Below are positions 16,203 to 20,000 of a stretch of 20,000 bases of DNA, in pieces. How positions within the stretch are numbered: position 1 is the stretch's first letter; each line of letters begins with the position of its first letter. The notes below the pieces were generated by a model. The model was not told the origin of the DNA. It saw nothing but the letters and a program-made list of their open reading frames with translations, and ran no database searches. Source of the DNA: an uncultured virus (IMG/VR IMGVR_UViG_3300021960_000052) (Duplodnaviria; Heunggongvirae; Uroviricota; Caudoviricetes); the IMG/VR virus record IMGVR_UViG_3300021960_000052, one strand, 5' to 3'. Position numbers and translations under genes: made by a program.

Positions 16203-16828
16203 TAGATCCTTTTAAATTGATTATAATAATGTAAGTATTTACTCAAAGTTTTTTGTTCACCTTTTAAAGTCATAAAAATACTTTGATGACTAGGCTTGCC
16301 AACTTTCATCCAACGTTCAGGACATTCTTTAAACTTGTAATCATTGGATAAGTCTTTAAGAACTTTTTGATCCCATCCATGTTTAAACTTTTCAACGGGA
16401 TTTTTCATTAGCCTATCATGATAGTCTTGTAAGAACATAGGATTATTTGTAGCAACAAAGCCTGCTAACCAACGATCTGCTTTAGGATGATGTAACACTG
16501 TTTGACCTTCAATAATAGCATCATACTCTTCTTTGGTAAAACTTTGAGTACACATTGAGTCAGCGTCTACAATCATTATTTGCTGATACTGTTTTGCTAC
16601 TAGGAATCTAACTGCTTGTAAGTAACCTATGCGTTCCTGGTCTGAAGAAAAACTACGATACTCCGTGGTATATTTGACATAGTCAAGTTGGGTATGTTTG
16701 TCAGGATTGACAATGTGAGCATGTAGCTCTAACCACGGAGCATAGTAGTGAACTGCTCGGAATAACGGTACTGTCCATTGTTCATAATAACTGTTGTCAG
16801 TACCAACTAATAATGTTCTTAACCCCAC
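16202..16828 (-). CDS. Putative GT-A (GT8/nucleotide-diphospho-sugar transferase-like) glycosyltransferase
   Basis: YLQAVRF, IMIVDADS (DxD), LAGFV, WDQKVL; TAATG coupling to the oxygenase. Confidence 0.65.
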   Translation of the reverse strand: MGLRTLLVGTDNSYYEQWTVPLFRAVHYYAPWLELHAHIVNPDKHTQLDYVKYTTEYRSFSSDQERIGYLQAVRFLVAKQYQQIMIVDADSMCTQSFTKEEYDAIIEGQTVLHHPKADRWLAGFVATNNPMFLQDYHDRLMKNPVEKFKHGWDQKVLKDLSNDYKFKECPERWMKVGKPSHQSIFMTLKGEQKTLSKYLHYYNQFKRI

Positions 16829-17136
16829 TTCAATAAAAACAACTCTAACTCTTTATCAGTTTTAAAATATATTCTACATGGATACATGGCTGTTTGTGGT
16901 TGATAAGTCCACACTTCGTGCATGTCGTTTTTGTGACTTTTTTGTAGATCCATCCAGATATCTAAATTAATACTAGGACCTAAGTTATCCCAGCACCATT
17001 GTTGAGCTTGGTAGTAGTCCCAATAGTTTTCGTAGTTATACTGTCTTGAAAACTCTACGCAGTGTTTAAATTCAGGAAACGCCTTCCACTGTTGGGAAGT
17101 GCGTTTCATTCGAATACTTCTTAATCTATCAGTCAT
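16819..17136 (-). CDS. Small hypothetical phage protein (WCWDNLGPS...RIYFKTDKELELFLLKWG)
   Basis: 105 aa, overlaps the MoxR stop; carries the family C-terminal motif. Confidence 0.8.
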   Translation of the reverse strand: MTDRLRSIRMKRTSQQWKAFPEFKHCVEFSRQYNYENYWDYYQAQQWCWDNLGPSINLDIWMDLQKSHKNDMHEVWTYQPQTAMYPCRIYFKTDKELELFLLKWG

Positions 17137-18223
17137 TACCTCTTGAACCTTTTAAGATATACTTGCCATACTTTTCATGGAACTTATCAAAAGATTTAAG
17201 TTTAGTTGGACTAAATTTAAGATCATAAGTTGTTAGAGCAGTACGAGCACCCATAACAGTGATCTCAGTTTCAAAGTTTTTCATCATGTACTCAAAGAAG
17301 TTATCTACATAACTATTAAATTCCGCTTCTGCTGTACCTTTGTCTTGACGTTCTTTAAGTTCATAACACATTGAAACAACAAGAGCGTACATAGCACTTA
17401 TGTCTTTAACTTTAAGTTCTTTTTCTTTGCCTTCAAGAATGTCCACTGGATTAGGCATTTCACTAGCAACCTTACGGTGTGCCATAAATTTAACAGCAAG
17501 TCCTTCACCAATAGCACCAGCAATTAGGTTAGTTAGTGTTGCTTTATCTGTTGTGTCATCTTCTAACAGTTCACTGACAAATGTCCATGAACGTGGTGTA
17601 GCAAAACTACGACTGGCACCTTTAGGATCAAAGTCATACAAGTCCTGTTTACTACTTGCTAGATAACCAACAACGTCTTTATGCACCTTGTTTTTAACTG
17701 CCCAGTGTTCCCAAGAGTCAAAGTCTACACGCATTTCTTGGTGAATAAATCTATTAGCAAGGGGTGTAGGCATTCTGTAAGTAACACCTTTGTCTGACTC
17801 TCTGTTACCTGCGGCTACCATAACAACATTGTCTGGAAGTTTATACTTGCCCACACGTCTGTTTAAGATTAACTGATATGCCGCGGCCTGTACAGCAGGA
17901 GCCGCAGAGTTCATTTCATCTAGGAATAAAACTACAACAGGATACTCTTTACAAGTAACCTCATCAGGCAAATCAATTGGAGGTGCCCAATCCATTGTAC
18001 CTTGATCTTTATTGTAGTAAGGAATACCTCTAATATCTGTAGGATCCATTTGGCCTAAACGTAGGTCATACATTAAGCCTTTTAGTTCTTCAGTTACACT
18101 AGCAACCAATTCAGATTTACCAATGCCCGGAGGTCCCCATAAAAATAGCGGACGTTGTTTCTTGAAACACTTTAATAGACTGTTTCTAGCCTCTTCAGAT
18201 GTTATTGTTCTTACGTCTGACAT
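17129..18223 (-). CDS. MoxR-family AAA+ ATPase
   Basis: Walker A GPPGIGKS, Walker B LFLDEMN, AAGN sensor I, PLANRF Arg finger, TPRSW; RBS GAGAGGG. Confidence 0.95.
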   Translation of the reverse strand: MSDVRTITSEEARNSLLKCFKKQRPLFLWGPPGIGKSELVASVTEELKGLMYDLRLGQMDPTDIRGIPYYNKDQGTMDWAPPIDLPDEVTCKEYPVVVLFLDEMNSAAPAVQAAAYQLILNRRVGKYKLPDNVVMVAAGNRESDKGVTYRMPTPLANRFIHQEMRVDFDSWEHWAVKNKVHKDVVGYLASSKQDLYDFDPKGASRSFATPRSWTFVSELLEDDTTDKATLTNLIAGAIGEGLAVKFMAHRKVASEMPNPVDILEGKEKELKVKDISAMYALVVSMCYELKERQDKGTAEAEFNSYVDNFFEYMMKNFETEITVMGARTALTTYDLKFSPTKLKSFDKFHEKYGKYILKGSRGND

Positions 18224-18257
18224 ACATACCCTCTCTAGTTGTTTACCTGACTATGTT

Positions 18258-18286
18258 ATTATATGACCTTTGTATTTAATGGTCAA
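18258..18286 (-). promoter_or_regulatory. Sigma70-type promoter TTGACC-N17-TATAAT driving MoxR
   Basis: TTGACC ATTAAATACAAAGGTCA TATAAT; the spacer also contains TAAATA. Confidence 0.85.
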
Positions 18287-18290
18287 GACC

Positions 18291-18575
18291 TTATTTACGA
18301 TCTACTAATATATCTTTGTCGTCTTCTGGACTAAGGCCTGGTTGAGGATATCTAGTAACACCGTCTTCGTCTGGTGCTGGTTGTACAGAGCTCTCAAACT
18401 CAATAGGAGGTCTAAACTCCTGACTGCCGTCGTGCTGTTTTGGATTTTGTTCGGGTTTTAGGTCTAAAGGATTAAGCCACTTCTGATATTGTTGATACCC
18501 TGAAATAGCAATACCTAGTAATGCTACAATGTAGACTAGGCGTTTATAGATTGGTATCTTGTCTTTGTTTAGCAC
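18291..18575 (-). CDS. Hypothetical membrane-anchored protein (one TM helix, Pro/acidic tail)
   Basis: GTG start with GGAG upstream; hydrophobic segment LVYIVALLGIAISGY. Confidence 0.7.
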   Translation of the reverse strand: MLNKDKIPIYKRLVYIVALLGIAISGYQQYQKWLNPLDLKPEQNPKQHDGSQEFRPPIEFESSVQPAPDEDGVTRYPQPGLSPEDDKDILVDRK

Positions 18576-18786
18576 GATTCATGCTCTCCTGTAACTTCTC
18601 CAGGATTTGATCAAACTGTGCAAATGCTTGATCCATATCTACTTGGCCAGGTTGAAAACAAAAACTTTCTAAGTTTTTAATGTTTGTTCTGGCCGCTTCA
18701 CATTGTTCAAATGTATTAAATTTAAGATCTTGGTTGATCATTCCTGTCTGTGTTACTATTGCTAATACTACTAAGGCGTTACCCAT
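18544..18786 (-). CDS. Small hypothetical protein with hydrophobic N-terminus and a Cys pair
   Basis: AGGAG RBS; F.T.EQCE.A...C pattern. Confidence 0.75.
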   Translation of the reverse strand: MGNALVVLAIVTQTGMINQDLKFNTFEQCEAARTNIKNLESFCFQPGQVDMDQAFAQFDQILEKLQESMNRAKQRQDTNL

Positions 18787-18946
18787 TTTTGTTCTCCTGT
18801 TTGTATTTTGTTTTTAAAAACCATTTATATTTCTGAAAATATTCTTCTGGTGGCCCTTCTACAACTCTCTTCTCCCAATTAAAAACTTCTTCTTTGTATT
18901 CATACCACTTTTCAATACAATAAGCCCTAAAGGGAGATTGGTTCAT
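18779..18946 (-). CDS. 55-aa hypothetical protein MNQSPFRAYCIEKWYEYKEE...EYFQKYKWFLKTKYKQENKNG (not in ORF track)
   Basis: ATG at 18946 shares ATGA with the upstream stop; TAA at 18781-18779 overlaps the next gene. Confidence 0.75.
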   Translation of the reverse strand: MNQSPFRAYCIEKWYEYKEEVFNWEKRVVEGPPEEYFQKYKWFLKTKYKQENKNG

Positions 18947-19080
18947 AGTTTTTTAGCTTTCCATAATTTAATTTTCATATCAATTGTTTGTAATATTGCT
19001 TCAATAACACCAGTTTTCCATGCCCATAATAAATCCATAAGCACAGCACCTACTAGTAAACCAATAAAAAAGTATAACAT
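18943..19080 (-). CDS. 45-aa membrane micro-protein MLYFFIGLLVGAVLMDLLWAWKTG... (not in ORF track)
   Basis: Strong GGAGG RBS; first gene after a consensus promoter; N-terminal TM helix and basic tail. Confidence 0.75.
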   Translation of the reverse strand: MLYFFIGLLVGAVLMDLLWAWKTGVIEAILQTIDMKIKLWKAKKL

Positions 19081-19101
19081 ACATAGTCCTCCATTTATAT
19101 T

Positions 19102-19130
19102 ATTATACTAAAAAATGATTTTTTGGTCAA
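19102..19130 (-). promoter_or_regulatory. Sigma70-type promoter TTGACC-N17-TATAAT
   Basis: GGTTGACCAAAAAATCATTTTTTAGTATAAT; the TGA within the -35 box is the stop codon of the speD-like gene. Confidence 0.85.
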
Positions 19131-19495
19131 CCGGCTTGACGTGTTAGATAATTAACTCTTGTTTTTTCTGGTTTAAAGTATTCGTCTACAGTGTCCGCTA
19201 CTATTTCTACGTCAAACTGTTTACAGGAAAATACGTCTAAATATAAGTCACCTGTGGAGTCAATAAAGTGAGCAACAATGGTTGACGTTACGATAATTTG
19301 AACAGCAGTTAGGCCTGCTTTATCTGGAAATTCAGCCGCAGTGTATTCAATGTGTGTTGGACCAATTGGTTTCATATCAATGCGTTGTAATAAAGCATCA
19401 ATAAAATCTTGAACATTTCTAGGATCTTTTATTTGTTCTCTATCACAGTTTGCACAGTCTAGAGTTAGGTGATATCCCCAATATTGTGTTGCCAT
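19127..19495 (-). CDS. speD: Pyruvoyl-dependent S-adenosylmethionine decarboxylase-like proenzyme (SpeD/SpeH class 1b fold)
   Basis: GYHLTLDC, GLTAVQIIVTSTIVAHF (self-cleavage Ser and conserved His), YLDVFSCK; GGAG RBS. Substrate not certain. Confidence 0.8.
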   Translation of the reverse strand: MATQYWGYHLTLDCANCDREQIKDPRNVQDFIDALLQRIDMKPIGPTHIEYTAAEFPDKAGLTAVQIIVTSTIVAHFIDSTGDLYLDVFSCKQFDVEIVADTVDEYFKPEKTRVNYLTRQAG

Positions 19496-19541
19496 CTGTT
19501 ACTCCATATTATGAAAATATTTAAAAAACTATTTATTTTAA

Positions 19542-19856
19542 TTAATAGCCGTGTTTAATTTTATACCAGACGCATTGATCAAGATCAAAGTTTGTAGGAT
19601 ATAGGCACCAATTTGGATCTACGCACTGTTTAGGATGACCCCCTTGTTCAACACATGATAGTTGACGTTCGTTTTCTTTGGTTTGTTTTGCTTGAAACTT
19701 TTGTCTAATAGCAGTCCATTCAGCAAACTCTTCAAAGGTGAACGTGTCTGCTACAATTTGTTCAAATGGTGTTTGTTCGCTTTGTTTGATAATATCTGGA
19801 ACACCTGCCCAACTAGGCAGACTTAGTATAAGCAGTCCTAGCATTATATATCGCAT
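19542..19856 (-). CDS. Hypothetical secreted/periplasmic protein with four Cys
   Basis: Signal-peptide-like MRYIMLGLLILSLPSWA; RBS AGGAGG. Confidence 0.75.
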   Translation of the reverse strand: MRYIMLGLLILSLPSWAGVPDIIKQSEQTPFEQIVADTFTFEEFAEWTAIRQKFQAKQTKENERQLSCVEQGGHPKQCVDPNWCLYPTNFDLDQCVWYKIKHGY

Positions 19857-19998
19857 CTGCTCCTCCTATGGCCAATAGCTCATCTGGTGTTAGATAAACA
19901 TCAGTAGGATTAAGTAATTTTTCAGCTACTTCTTCATCAGTCATTTTACATTGATCAACTAGTATGTCTAACATCTTAGCATTACACAGTTCTGCTTC
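19813..19998 (-). CDS. clpP: C-terminal fragment of a ClpP-like protease (5' part outside window; not in ORF track)
   Basis: ...KMLDILVDQCKMTDEEVAEKLLNPTDVYLTPDELLAIGGADAI... matches the ClpP C-terminal D.(W/Y)(L/M)T..E....G..D.I pattern, including the catalytic Asp. Confidence 0.65.
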   Translation of the reverse strand, partial: EAELCNAKMLDILVDQCKMTDEEVAEKLLNPTDVYLTPDELLAIGGADAIYNARTAYTKSA

Positions 19999-20000
19999 TT

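Noticed and set aside
2370..17666. Short shadow ORFs in the track (2370-, 4528+, 5283+, 7120+, 10755+, 11140+, 11202-, 11870+, 12797+, 13514+, 15068+, 17400+)
   Set aside because: They lie antisense to or out of frame within well-supported genes, and show no motifs or RBS.
1..20000. Stop-codon reassignment (code 15 or 4), as in some large phages
   Set aside because: TAG and TGA end full-length recognisable genes (carbamoyltransferase, thyX, MoxR, speD-like), and coding density is near complete under code 11.

Overview
AT-rich, extremely gene-dense fragment that looks like a large (T4-like/jumbo) tailed-phage genome; this is inferred from thyX, a tRNA, a 5'-nucleotidase, a 2OG-Fe(II) oxygenase, SpeD-like and ClpP-like genes, many short ORFans, and consensus sigma70 plus TAAATA-type promoters. 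Bases 1-9280 are a glycan/sugar-modification region: a NodU/CmcH/TobZ carbamoyltransferase with two upstream micro-ORFs missed by the ORF track, two tandem GT10-like paralogs, a repeat-built GT-A-like protein, a DegT aminotransferase and an SDR epimerase. Every gene there overlaps its neighbour despite three strand switches, and two divergent genes start inside one CATG. The rest is on the minus strand and is cut into modules by five near-perfect TTGAC(A/C)-N17/18-TATAAT promoters. It holds thyX, a MoxR AAA+ ATPase and a HExxH-peptidase/VWA gene 4.5 kb apart (promoters sharing a 12-mer, VWA mRNA apparently leaderless), a glycosyltransferase/2OG-oxygenase pair, a PglD/NeuD-like acetyltransferase, tRNA-Thr(UGU), and about seven short proteins with a shared C-terminal (F/Y)xL(K/R)(W/F)-like signature. 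No CRISPR, rRNA or mobile element was seen. Family calls come from motifs recognised by eye; no searches were run.
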